Source of the DNA: Treponemataceae bacterium
GTDB taxonomy: Bacteria > Spirochaetota > Spirochaetia > Treponematales > Rectinemataceae
DNA length: 64,000 nucleotides
Direction: 5' to 3'
Assembly (NCBI GenBank): GCA_963678065.2
Contig: CAXXVZ010000002.1
Coordinates: 64,001-128,000 of the forward strand
Shown here: one piece after another, positions 40,115 to 49,270 of the stretch
How positions within the stretch are numbered: the stretch's first letter is position 1
How the letters are laid out: every line of letters begins with the position of its first letter
Notes under the pieces: model-generated
Told to the model about the DNA's origin: nothing
Database searches by the model: none
Seen by the model: only the letters and a program-made list of their open reading frames with translations
Translations under genes and position numbers: made by a program

Positions 40115-40147
40115 AGATTTGACAATCTAAATAGTCGACTATATACT
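40115..40147 (+). promoter_or_regulatory. Near-consensus promoter of the large catabolic operon with palindromic operators
   Basis: TTGACA(40119)-N17-TATACT(40142); ATAGTCGACTAT palindrome 40131-40142; AGATT-TGAC-AATCT 40115-40128. Confidence 0.8.
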
Positions 40148-40170
40148 AATTTTGAGTTTAGGGAGGATGT

Positions 40171-41100
40171 ATGGCGACGAAGGTCATTGTCGATTGCGAC
40201 AACACTATGGGGAAGCCTTACGCGGAGATCGATGACGGTCTCACGATCCTCTACGTGCTCGGCTGCGATGACCTCGAATTGCTCGGCATCACGAACTGCT
40301 ATGCGAATGCCTCTCTGCGGGATGTGGAATACTGGACCGACCGCTTCCTTCACGACATTGACCGCACCGATATACCGAGGTTTTCAGGGAAGCCGTACTT
40401 TGACCAGAACACGACGGACTGGTTCAAGCGCACGTGGGGGCACCACTTTCTGAACGAAAAGCCTACTACTGAAGGCCCGAGCGATGCCGCCGCTTTTCTG
40501 GTAGAGCAGGTAAACAGATATCCTGGCCAGATACACATTCTCGCGCTCGGCTCAATGACGAACCTGCTTGAAGCGTCGCGGATTGACAGTGGGTTTTTTG
40601 GAAAGGTCAATGAGATTTCGCTTATGGGCGGGATACTTGGGTACCTCTCGCTCAATGGTAGGCAGTGTTCCGAACTGAACCTCGCATGCAATCCGGAAGG
40701 GGCCTATCGGGTCCTGAACAATGGCAAATGCCCTGTCGTTGTCATGAATGCCTATACCTGTCTTCAGGCGCCTTTCAGCGATGGAGACATGGGAAAAATT
40801 TCGTTCTGGCCGGAACGCAGGAAACGAATGGTACGGGAATGGCTCAGGGTTTTTGAAGGAACGTTCTATCTATGGGACCTTCTGCCGGCGGTTTATCTGT
40901 CGCACCCGGACCTGTTCGATCTGAAGAAGGTGCACATTTCCTCCACGCTTCAGGATCTGGAGCGTGGACTTCTGGTGAAGGGTGATGGCGGCGCCGAAGT
41001 GATCATGCCTGACAATATCCTCGACAGAGCGCAGTTCATGGATCTCATCTATTCGGCTTGGCGCAAAGCCTGGGAAAAAGAGAGTAAAGGATTGAGATAG
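40171..41100 (+). CDS. Nucleoside hydrolase family protein (paralog 1)
   Basis: VDCDNT..G....DDG, LGSMTNL, MGG, ELNL, YLWD; GGAGG RBS. Confidence 0.9.
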   Translation: MATKVIVDCDNTMGKPYAEIDDGLTILYVLGCDDLELLGITNCYANASLRDVEYWTDRFLHDIDRTDIPRFSGKPYFDQNTTDWFKRTWGHHFLNEKPTTEGPSDAAAFLVEQVNRYPGQIHILALGSMTNLLEASRIDSGFFGKVNEISLMGGILGYLSLNGRQCSELNLACNPEGAYRVLNNGKCPVVVMNAYTCLQAPFSDGDMGKISFWPERRKRMVREWLRVFEGTFYLWDLLPAVYLSHPDLFDLKKVHISSTLQDLERGLLVKGDGGAEVIMPDNILDRAQFMDLIYSAWRKAWEKESKGLR

Positions 41101-41181
41101 TACCGTCCGGTGGTTGTGGCAGGTCGCTCTGCCCGCTGCTTCAGCAGCGGGTGATGTCCCATTGATGGCAAGGAGGCTTTC

Positions 41182-42414
41182 ATGTATCGGAAAATCGGTT
41201 CGGTGTTGCTCGCGCTTCTGTTCCTCGTGCCTTTCGTCGGCGCGCAGGCGCAGTTCGAGCAGAATTACAGGCAGATGACATGGGATCAGATCGCGGCCGA
41301 GGCTAAGGGGCAGACTGTCTATTACTACGCCTGGGGCGGCAGCGACATCATAAACAGTTTCGTCAACGGGTACTTCAAGGACCGCCTTGCCCAAAAATAC
41401 GGAGTGACCCTGAAATTCGTGCCGGTCACCGATGCGACGACCTATGTCAACAAGGTGCTCGGAGAGAAACAGGCTGGCAAGAACAGCGGAGGTTCCGTCG
41501 ACCTCGTGTGGACGAACGGCGAAAATTTCAGAACGATGAAGCAAGGCAAGCTGCTCTTCGGTCCTTACGCCGACAAACTCACAAACACCAAGTATTACAA
41601 CGAATCCAGTACCGCCTACGATTTCGGTTACCCGGTGGAAGGTTTCGAATCTCCTTACGGCGCGGCCCAGGTCGTCATGGAGTACAACTCCCAGTATGTG
41701 TCGAATCCGCCCAAAACCATTCCCGAGCTCGTGGCCTGGGTCAAGAAAAATCCGGGAAAATTCACCTACGCGGCGCCGCCTGATTTCACCGGCAGCGTGA
41801 TAGTCCGCCACTTCTTCTATGCGAACGCGAACAACATCAACGAACTGATGGGTCCCCTCAACATGTCAGTCTACGACAGGGTCGCCGCGAAAACCTGGGC
41901 AATGCTGAACGAAATCAAGCCGTATCTCTGGATGGGCGGCAAGACCTATCCTGAGAGCAGCATCAAGTCCCAGGAGCTCATGAGTAACGGCGACATCTGG
42001 ATCAGCTTTGAATACGGCCCGAAAGGTGCGGAATCGAGAATCGTGAAGGGAACCTATCCCGCTTCCATCAAGACTGCCGTACTCGATACCGGCACGATCG
42101 GCAATACCAATTTCCTGGCCATCTCCTTCAACTCATCGGTAAAAGCCGCGGCAATGGTGGTGTGCAACGAGATGATGGACCCCGAAGTGCAGTACAAGGC
42201 CAGCCTCGATCCCGACCAGGGTGGTATGGCGTGGATGTCGCCCCTCGATCTGACGAAGGTTTCCCGTGATTGGGCGGCAAAATTCGATGCGCTTCCCAGG
42301 CATCCTTCGACACTCTCGGGCGAGGTACTGAATTCGCACAAGGTATCCGAAATGATGTCCGATTGGCTCGTCAGGATCGAGAAGGATTGGCAGTCCAATG
42401 TCCTGAAGAAGTAA
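41182..42414 (+). CDS. ABC substrate-binding protein (YnjB-like, polyamine/thiamine clade)
   Basis: AKGQTVYYYAWGG, VDLVWTNGENF, NPGKFTY..PPDFTG, GTIGNTNFLAI. Confidence 0.88.
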   Translation: MYRKIGSVLLALLFLVPFVGAQAQFEQNYRQMTWDQIAAEAKGQTVYYYAWGGSDIINSFVNGYFKDRLAQKYGVTLKFVPVTDATTYVNKVLGEKQAGKNSGGSVDLVWTNGENFRTMKQGKLLFGPYADKLTNTKYYNESSTAYDFGYPVEGFESPYGAAQVVMEYNSQYVSNPPKTIPELVAWVKKNPGKFTYAAPPDFTGSVIVRHFFYANANNINELMGPLNMSVYDRVAAKTWAMLNEIKPYLWMGGKTYPESSIKSQELMSNGDIWISFEYGPKGAESRIVKGTYPASIKTAVLDTGTIGNTNFLAISFNSSVKAAAMVVCNEMMDPEVQYKASLDPDQGGMAWMSPLDLTKVSRDWAAKFDALPRHPSTLSGEVLNSHKVSEMMSDWLVRIEKDWQSNVLKK

Positions 42415-42459
42415 GGCCTCCGGTTTTGATTCCTCACTCAAGAGGCTGTTGATTGTTTC

Positions 42460-42504
42460 CCGCCCGTGTATCCATAACCAGCAGTACACGGGCGGCATTT
42501 TTTT
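42460..42504 (+). terminator. Intrinsic terminator-like hairpin between SBP and permease
   Basis: CCGCCCGTGTA-N14-TACACGGGCGG followed by CATTTTTTT. Confidence 0.7.
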
Positions 42505-42520
42505 AACCGCAGGAAATCCG

Positions 42521-43381
42521 ATGACAAAGCGCACTACAGTTACTTTGCTTCTCCTGCCGACCGTGGCTGTGCTCCTCTTCCTGTTCTTCGGGGGCCTGGT
42601 GATGGGCTTGATGCAGAGTTTCAGCTTCATGCCGATGATAGGGTTGAACGATTTCAACATCGATGCCTACAGAAGTCTGTTCAGCGATCGGGAATTTCTT
42701 ATGAGTCTTGCGCTCACTCTGTGGATCTCCATCAGCTCGACTCTGTTGACAGTCGTTTTTGCGATCATCACAGCCCTCGCCTTTCGGAGGACATTCCCCG
42801 GCAAACGGCTGATAAACTTCCTCTATCAATTTCCGATCACCATACCGCACATCGTAATAACGATAGGGACCATGCTCGTTTTTTCACAGAGCGGGATTGT
42901 CGCGAGAATTGCGTATCACCTGGGAATGATATCCGATCAAAGCACGTTTCCTGTTCTGATCTCCGACAATTTCGGATTGGGGATAATATACGTCTATTTG
43001 TGGAAGCAGATTCCCTTCGTCGGCGTCATCGTGCTGTCGATATTGCAGTCTCTGGGGAACAACTTTGAAGAGCTGGCCCGCTCTCTCGGAGCCAACAAGT
43101 GGCAGTCGTTCCGCCATGTACTCCTTCCGACAATCATTCCCGGCATCCTCCCCGCGAGCATCATCTGTTTTTCGTTTACGTTTGGATCCTACGAGGTGCC
43201 GTTCCTGCTGGGCAAACCCTATCCGGCGGTCATATCGGTGCTCGCCATGCGGCTGTACCAGGATGTGGACCTGAATGCCCGGCCGCAGGCCATGGCCACG
43301 GCCGTTTTCATGGCGGTTTTCATAAGCGTACTGGTGGTGTTCTACAGAAAACTTCTGAACAAAATGTCGGGGAGAGGATGA
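42521..43381 (+). CDS. ABC permease
   Basis: WKQIPF, EELARSLGA, FGSYEVP. Confidence 0.92.
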   Translation: MTKRTTVTLLLLPTVAVLLFLFFGGLVMGLMQSFSFMPMIGLNDFNIDAYRSLFSDREFLMSLALTLWISISSTLLTVVFAIITALAFRRTFPGKRLINFLYQFPITIPHIVITIGTMLVFSQSGIVARIAYHLGMISDQSTFPVLISDNFGLGIIYVYLWKQIPFVGVIVLSILQSLGNNFEELARSLGANKWQSFRHVLLPTIIPGILPASIICFSFTFGSYEVPFLLGKPYPAVISVLAMRLYQDVDLNARPQAMATAVFMAVFISVLVVFYRKLLNKMSGRG

Positions 43382-43384
43382 TGT

Positions 43385-44206
43385 ATGGAATCCGAAGAGA
43401 ATAAGGCCAACCCGATACATTGGATCATCTATGTGGGTGTCCTGGTTTCGATGATCGGCCCGCTGCTTCCACAGTTCGTGTGGCCGTTCGCGAAAAGCTG
43501 GTTTTTTCCTGATCTCATTCCTTCAGCATGGAGTGTGAGAGCATGGCAGTACATCGGCAATCCGAACAACCAGGTACTCGAGGCGGTCTGGAACAGTCTC
43601 GTCATAGCGGTGATAGTGATGTTCATCTCGGTAATTCTGGGCGTACCCGCAGGAAGGGCGCTCGGGATGTACCGTTTCCGCGGTAAGGGGATTGTCGAAC
43701 TGTTCATCCTTGCTCCGTCGATCATTCCGGGTCTGGCGGTAACTATGGGTATTCAGGTGGTCTTCATAAAGATGGGACTCGCGGACACCATGATCGGCGT
43801 TGTGCTCGTCCACCTCATTCCCACCATCCCCTACATGACCATCAGCATGAGCGGTGTTTTCGCAAATTACGATCCGGATTTCGAAGAGCAGGCAAAAAGC
43901 CTGGGAGCATCTCCGGCCAAGACATTCTTCCTCATCACCTTGCCGGCAGTCTTTCCGGGCATCGTCACCGGAGCCATGTTCGCGTTCCTGATCTCCTGGG
44001 GACAGTATCTTCTCACGGTGCTGATCGGGGGCGGGAGGGTGATCACGTTGCCGCTCCTTCTTTTTTCCTTTGCAGGCAGCAGGGATAACGCGCTCACGAG
44101 CGCGTTGAGCATCATCTTCCTGCTCCCCGCCATCGTTATCCTGGTTTTTACGAGCAAATTCCTGTCAGGAAAGTCCAGCGGAATGGGGGGCTTTGGCAAT
44201 ATATGA
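43385..44206 (+). CDS. ABC permease
   Basis: HLIPTIPY, EEQAKSLGAS, FLISWGQY. Confidence 0.92.
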   Translation: MESEENKANPIHWIIYVGVLVSMIGPLLPQFVWPFAKSWFFPDLIPSAWSVRAWQYIGNPNNQVLEAVWNSLVIAVIVMFISVILGVPAGRALGMYRFRGKGIVELFILAPSIIPGLAVTMGIQVVFIKMGLADTMIGVVLVHLIPTIPYMTISMSGVFANYDPDFEEQAKSLGASPAKTFFLITLPAVFPGIVTGAMFAFLISWGQYLLTVLIGGGRVITLPLLLFSFAGSRDNALTSALSIIFLLPAIVILVFTSKFLSGKSSGMGGFGNI

Positions 44207-45246
44207 CCTCGATCACTCTGAAAAACATCGGCAAGACCTATGAGGGTTGCAAGACTCCTTCCGTGGAAAATTTCAACCTCGAGATAAACCCCGGAGAGCT
44301 CGTCGCATTCCTGGGGCCGTCTGGATGCGGGAAAACCACGACTCTGAAAATGATCGCCGGATTGCATTCCGTCACGAAAGGCGATGTGCTGTTCAACAAT
44401 GTCCGTGTAAACGACGTAAAACCCGAGAAGAGGGAAGTGGTGATGGTCTACCAGAACTACCTCCTTTTCCCTTATATGAATGTGGCTGAAAACGTCGGTT
44501 TCGGGCTCCGGATGCGCAAGACGCCCAGGCAGGAAATCGACCGGCGCGTCAGGGAAATCCTGAAACTGGTAAAGCTGGAAGGCTTCGGCGACCGCAGCCC
44601 TTCCCAGTTGTCCGGAGGGCAGAAGCAGCGGGTGGCCCTGGCGCGGGCCTTGGTGATACGGCCGAAAATCCTGCTTCTTGACGAACCTCTGGCGAATCTC
44701 GACGCACATCTGCGCGACGAGATGCGCGATCTCATACTGAGCATCCACAAAGAATTCGAAGTCACCACCGTATTCGTCACCCACGACCAGGAAGAGGCGG
44801 TGCTGCTCGCAGACCGCATCGCGCTCATCTTCGACGGCCAGCTCGTGCAGTACAGCCCTTCGAGGGACTTCTACGAAAAACCCGCGAGCGAACGGATCGC
44901 AAGATTCTTCGGCAACGGGAACATCATCGAAGGGACTAGGGAAGGGACAGTAGTGGCGACGGCCCTGGGCAAATTCGCGGTCAGGCCGGATCTGCCGGTG
45001 CGCGATGGTCCCGTGAGCCTGATTATCAGGCCGGAATCGATCAGGCTTGCCCGGGAAGACGTCAACAGTTTCAGAACGAGGATCAGGAAAAAAATCTATA
45101 TGGGAACCTACACCAGATACAGCCTCGAAATGGCAGGGACCGTCTGGGAGACAACAGGGGAATCGAACGATATCGCCGGATACGAAACAGATGACGAAGC
45201 GTGGTTCACGCTCCCTCCCGAAAAGATATGGTTGATCCAGCGCTGA
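44203..45246 (+). CDS. ABC ATP-binding protein (PotA-like)
   Basis: GPSGCGKTT, LSGGQKQR, LLDEP, VTHDQEEA, C-terminal TOBE-like domain. Confidence 0.95.
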   Translation: MTSITLKNIGKTYEGCKTPSVENFNLEINPGELVAFLGPSGCGKTTTLKMIAGLHSVTKGDVLFNNVRVNDVKPEKREVVMVYQNYLLFPYMNVAENVGFGLRMRKTPRQEIDRRVREILKLVKLEGFGDRSPSQLSGGQKQRVALARALVIRPKILLLDEPLANLDAHLRDEMRDLILSIHKEFEVTTVFVTHDQEEAVLLADRIALIFDGQLVQYSPSRDFYEKPASERIARFFGNGNIIEGTREGTVVATALGKFAVRPDLPVRDGPVSLIIRPESIRLAREDVNSFRTRIRKKIYMGTYTRYSLEMAGTVWETTGESNDIAGYETDDEAWFTLPPEKIWLIQR

Positions 45247-45267
45247 GGCAGTTATGGAGAAGACTCG

Positions 45268-46689
45268 ATGATGGCAAAGAATAAGCCACTCAGAATCGGA
45301 CTCGCCGGCCTGCATTTCCCCGTCATGGAAGCGGAAGAACACGGTGTTTTCGAGTCAGCGAAAACTCTTGTCGATCGATATGCAGAAACCGGGCGTTTTG
45401 AAATCACGGCGTGGCCGCGGCTGATCTCCGGAGCGGGGGATGCGGCGAGGGCTGCCCTGTTTTTCGAAGAACAGGGAGTCGATTTTCTGTTGCTTCAAGC
45501 TTCATCGTTGACGATGGGCGACACTATCCTTCCCCTCGTCGAGCATATCGACAGAATCGGCCTGTGGGTCGTCGATGAACCGACATATGACGGCGAATTG
45601 CCCCTGAATTCTCTCACCGGATACAACCTCTGCGTTTCACGTATCAGGGGTCGCTGGGGAGACCGGAAGAAGCTCACGTGGTTTTGGGGGATGGGCGAGG
45701 ATTTTGGCACACGGCTTTGCGCCACAGCCAAAGCGCTTTCAGCGCTGAAGACGCTCGACGGGAGCAGAGTCGCTTCAATAGGTGGAGTTGTCCCCTCGTT
45801 CGAGAACCTCGAGTATCAGAGCGGTTTGTTCGAAAGGTCCCTTGGAATTGAAGTTGTGCCGGTGAGTCTCGAAGAACTGTTCCGTCGCTCCGAAGGGGCC
45901 CCGTCTTCCGAAGTGGAAACGATCCGGGCCTCTCTGATTGGTCAGGCTACCTGCGTCCGTGTCAGTGACGCATTGATGGAGAATACGGCCCGGATCTGCT
46001 ACGGATTGCGGACGGTAAAAGAACGAGAAAATGCCGACGCTTCGGCCCTGCGTTGCTGGCCGGAATTCCAGACCTGGAAAGGCATCGCTCCATGTGCGGC
46101 AGTAGCGTGGTCGAACGACCATTGCATGCCGACAGCCTGCGAAGGCGACGTTCCCGGAGCGGTTGCCATGCTGCTCGGGACTATCCTGTCAGGACGGGCT
46201 GCGTCCATGAACGATCCGGTTGCGCTCGACAGAAAAACCGGAACCGTCCAGATGTGGCACTGCGGTCCAGGTCCGGCAAGTTGGGCGGATGAGCGCGGGC
46301 AATGCCTTGACTACCACCATACGCTCAATCGCCGGCTGGCAGTCGATGCGCCCCGGGCGGGGGTTTCCTCCGACATCCGTTTTGCGAAGGGACCGGTCAC
46401 GATGCTCCGCATCCGGGGAGACGGGAAAAGCCTGTTTGTATTGGAGGGAGATGTAGTCGCAGGTCCCGCAAATCCCTATCCCGGGAGCGGAGGCTGGATC
46501 GGCAATCTGCGAATAGGCCAGGACAAAGTGTCTCTTGAGGACTTGCTGCACATGATGGCGGCATATGGTCTGGAGCATCATTATCCGATCATGCGTGAGC
46601 GGCATTTTGACACTCTGAAGGAAATGGCGGCATGGGCCGGATGGGCAATCCTTCCGCGCATCGATGCTCGGGGAAACCCGGTCATTTGA
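45268..46689 (+). CDS. L-fucose/L-arabinose isomerase family protein
   Basis: LNSLTG, ALRCWPEF, ACEGD, WHCG, LEHH. Confidence 0.82.
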   Translation: MMAKNKPLRIGLAGLHFPVMEAEEHGVFESAKTLVDRYAETGRFEITAWPRLISGAGDAARAALFFEEQGVDFLLLQASSLTMGDTILPLVEHIDRIGLWVVDEPTYDGELPLNSLTGYNLCVSRIRGRWGDRKKLTWFWGMGEDFGTRLCATAKALSALKTLDGSRVASIGGVVPSFENLEYQSGLFERSLGIEVVPVSLEELFRRSEGAPSSEVETIRASLIGQATCVRVSDALMENTARICYGLRTVKERENADASALRCWPEFQTWKGIAPCAAVAWSNDHCMPTACEGDVPGAVAMLLGTILSGRAASMNDPVALDRKTGTVQMWHCGPGPASWADERGQCLDYHHTLNRRLAVDAPRAGVSSDIRFAKGPVTMLRIRGDGKSLFVLEGDVVAGPANPYPGSGGWIGNLRIGQDKVSLEDLLHMMAAYGLEHHYPIMRERHFDTLKEMAAWAGWAILPRIDARGNPVI

Positions 46690-46704
46690 ACAGGAGGAAC
46701 GAAA

Positions 46705-48396
46705 ATGGGAAATACCTGCCATAAACTGCACGAGGATATTGTCGGTTGCTTGATCGGGTCGGCTGTCGGCGATGCCTTGGGCGGGCCGGTCGAAGGGCTC
46801 CATTACACCGATATAATCGAGCGGTACGGTGTCGTGAAGCGGATGCTCCCCTACCCTTCTTCACTTCCTCCTTCATTCCACGGCCCCTTCGGTTCCCGTG
46901 CAGGCGAATGCACGGACGATACCCGATTGGCAAAACTGATCTGCGCAGGTCTCATTGCTTCGGGCGGATTGCCACGATCCGGAAACATAAACCATTCCAT
47001 CTGCAAAACGTATTTTGCCACTGAATCGATACTCGAGAGGGGCTTCCTGGAAGAGTACGCGCTCAAGGCTCTTTACGGTCAAGGCAAGGAAGCATTTGGC
47101 GGAAAAACGACGAACGGAGCGATCATGGCGATAGCTCCCGTGGGAGTCCTGTTCCCGGGAGATCCCTACAGGACTTTCGACACGGCTTTCGATATCCTGT
47201 CCATGGCGACCGGCTCCGCGCGGATAAGCGCTGCCGCCGCGGCTGCCTGCATCAGCGCCGCTCTCAGCGGGAAAGGGAAAGCTCTCGATGTGGTCTTGTC
47301 CGGATTGGATGCCGCCGAGGAGCGGCTGCATCGCGTCGAGGGCAATTACTGGCACCACGGAGGCATGTATCCGCGAGTGGGCGGGTGGGTGTTGGGACTT
47401 GCCCGAAAGGCAGCCGACATCGCGTCGGCATACCGCGATCCATTGAACGAAGAATTCCGGAAGCGTCTTCATGAGGAAATCAACCAGCCATTCTTCGCGG
47501 ACGGCGATGAGACTCTTGCGATCGCCCTGGCAATGTTCGTCGCAGCGGAAGGCGACTTCCGGAGTTCGGTCGTCGGTGCGGCGAACTATGGGAAGGACTG
47601 CGACAGCTATGCCGCGGTCTCCGGGGCCATTTCAGGCGCGTTCAATGGCGTTTCCGCGATACCGGCGGAATGGATCGAAGCCGTTGAGTCCTGCGATTCC
47701 CCGCCACACCTGCGATATCTCGCCGATGGGCTCTGCGCAACGGTCACATCGAGGATGAGAAGGGAGCGGAACAGCGCTTCATTGGTCCCTTTCATGGAGA
47801 TATCCGGAGCAGCGAAGCCCGGACTGCTGGATGCCGTGCGCGCGAAAGATGCGCAAGCGGTCAGCCGGCTCCTCGGTGAAGGGGCCGATCTGGGCGAGCG
47901 CGGCGAACACGGGAGGAATTCCCTGCATCTCGCATGCGCGGCGGGCTGCCTCGATATCGTGAAGACCCTGCTGGTCTTCGGTGCGAACATAAATGAGAAG
48001 GACAACAACAAGACTACTGCGCTCCACTTCGCCGCATGGGAAAACCACATCGAAATCGTGGATCTCTTGCTGGATTGGGGCATTTTCCCCGAAGAACCCG
48101 AGGGCAGGGGATGGACCGCGCTTCACGATGCCGTGCGCAAGGAATACGCCGACATCCCCGTGCGCATTCTATCGAAAACCCGGGGGCTGACCGGAGAGCC
48201 CGAGAAAAAGGCAGAGCTCGAGGCTGTGCAGGGAGAGAACCGCTTTCTGAAACTGCTCGGGATACTGGCAGAATTCCACATCGATCTGGGAGCAATCGGC
48301 ATTTGCGGCCATGGTTTGTTGCATGATTCGAAGGAAAGGGGTTATTCCCGCGCAATCGAATTTCTGCTCGGCAAAGGTGTCGCTGATGAAGCCTGA
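46705..48396 (+). CDS. ADP-ribosylglycohydrolase family domain fused to ankyrin repeats
   Basis: GDALG, TDDT, NGAIM, GKDCDS; C-terminal GRNSLHLAC, KTTALHFAA, GWTALHDAV. Confidence 0.9.
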   Translation: MGNTCHKLHEDIVGCLIGSAVGDALGGPVEGLHYTDIIERYGVVKRMLPYPSSLPPSFHGPFGSRAGECTDDTRLAKLICAGLIASGGLPRSGNINHSICKTYFATESILERGFLEEYALKALYGQGKEAFGGKTTNGAIMAIAPVGVLFPGDPYRTFDTAFDILSMATGSARISAAAAAACISAALSGKGKALDVVLSGLDAAEERLHRVEGNYWHHGGMYPRVGGWVLGLARKAADIASAYRDPLNEEFRKRLHEEINQPFFADGDETLAIALAMFVAAEGDFRSSVVGAANYGKDCDSYAAVSGAISGAFNGVSAIPAEWIEAVESCDSPPHLRYLADGLCATVTSRMRRERNSASLVPFMEISGAAKPGLLDAVRAKDAQAVSRLLGEGADLGERGEHGRNSLHLACAAGCLDIVKTLLVFGANINEKDNNKTTALHFAAWENHIEIVDLLLDWGIFPEEPEGRGWTALHDAVRKEYADIPVRILSKTRGLTGEPEKKAELEAVQGENRFLKLLGILAEFHIDLGAIGICGHGLLHDSKERGYSRAIEFLLGKGVADEA

Positions 48397-49258
48397 ACAT
48401 CGGATCATCGTAGACTGCGACAACACCTACGGCATCCCCGGGCTGCCGATCGACGATGGTCAAACGATAATGTACCTGGCCGGCCGCCCCGACATTGAAA
48501 TAGTGGGCATTACATGCACGCATGGGAATGGGCGGGTGGACGAAGTATTCGACGCCACACGATGGCTCGCCGGGGCATTGGGGCTGCATGATGTGCCTGT
48601 AATCAAAGGGGCTTCCGGCCCGGGAGACTATGATACCGAAGCCGCATCCTGGCTCGCGGGAAAAGCCAGAGCGGAGCCGGGGAAACTGGAACTGCTTGCG
48701 ATAGGGACAATGTCCAACCTGCTCGGCGCGAAGAAGAAAGATCCAGGTTTTTTCTCGAACATCGGGAATATTGCGGCGATGGGAGGCTACCTTTATCCCC
48801 TGCCGGTCCGCGGATGGAACAAGATCGAAGAGGTAAACCTTTCTCGCGATCCCGCTGCGACCGCCGCACTCCTCAGCGCCGAGTGTCCCGTCACTGTCAT
48901 GAGCGCCCAGATCTGCCTGCAGGCACCCTTCGGAATCGACGAGCTCTCCCCGATCGCCGAGAGCGACAGGGCATCCTACTTTTATATGCTGAGCTATCTG
49001 ATGGGCATGATCCGTCGCCACAACGGCGCCCAGGAGTACCTGTGGGACCTGCTTCCCGCGGTGTACATCTCCCACCCCGAGCTCTTCAACCGGAAGCAAG
49101 CGCGCATCTCGACGGATCTGCCGCATCTTTCAAAAGGCAATCTGGTGCCTGATGAAACAGGACCCGTGATAAACCTGCCCGACTACATCGCAGACGTCGA
49201 TTTGTTCTACGCGATCCTCTATGCGGCCTGGAAACGGGCGCCGCTCGTGTGTGTTTGA
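48386..49258 (+). CDS. Nucleoside hydrolase family protein (paralog 2)
   Basis: IVDCDNTYG..IDDG, IGTMSNL, MGG, EVNL, YLWDLLPAVY. Confidence 0.9.
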   Translation: MKPEHRIIVDCDNTYGIPGLPIDDGQTIMYLAGRPDIEIVGITCTHGNGRVDEVFDATRWLAGALGLHDVPVIKGASGPGDYDTEAASWLAGKARAEPGKLELLAIGTMSNLLGAKKKDPGFFSNIGNIAAMGGYLYPLPVRGWNKIEEVNLSRDPAATAALLSAECPVTVMSAQICLQAPFGIDELSPIAESDRASYFYMLSYLMGMIRRHNGAQEYLWDLLPAVYISHPELFNRKQARISTDLPHLSKGNLVPDETGPVINLPDYIADVDLFYAILYAAWKRAPLVCV

Positions 49259-49270
49259 AGGCAGGCAAGG

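Noticed and set aside
41101..41181. TPP or other riboswitch before the YnjB-like SBP
   Set aside because: Only a short hairpin (41132-41151); no recognisable aptamer core.
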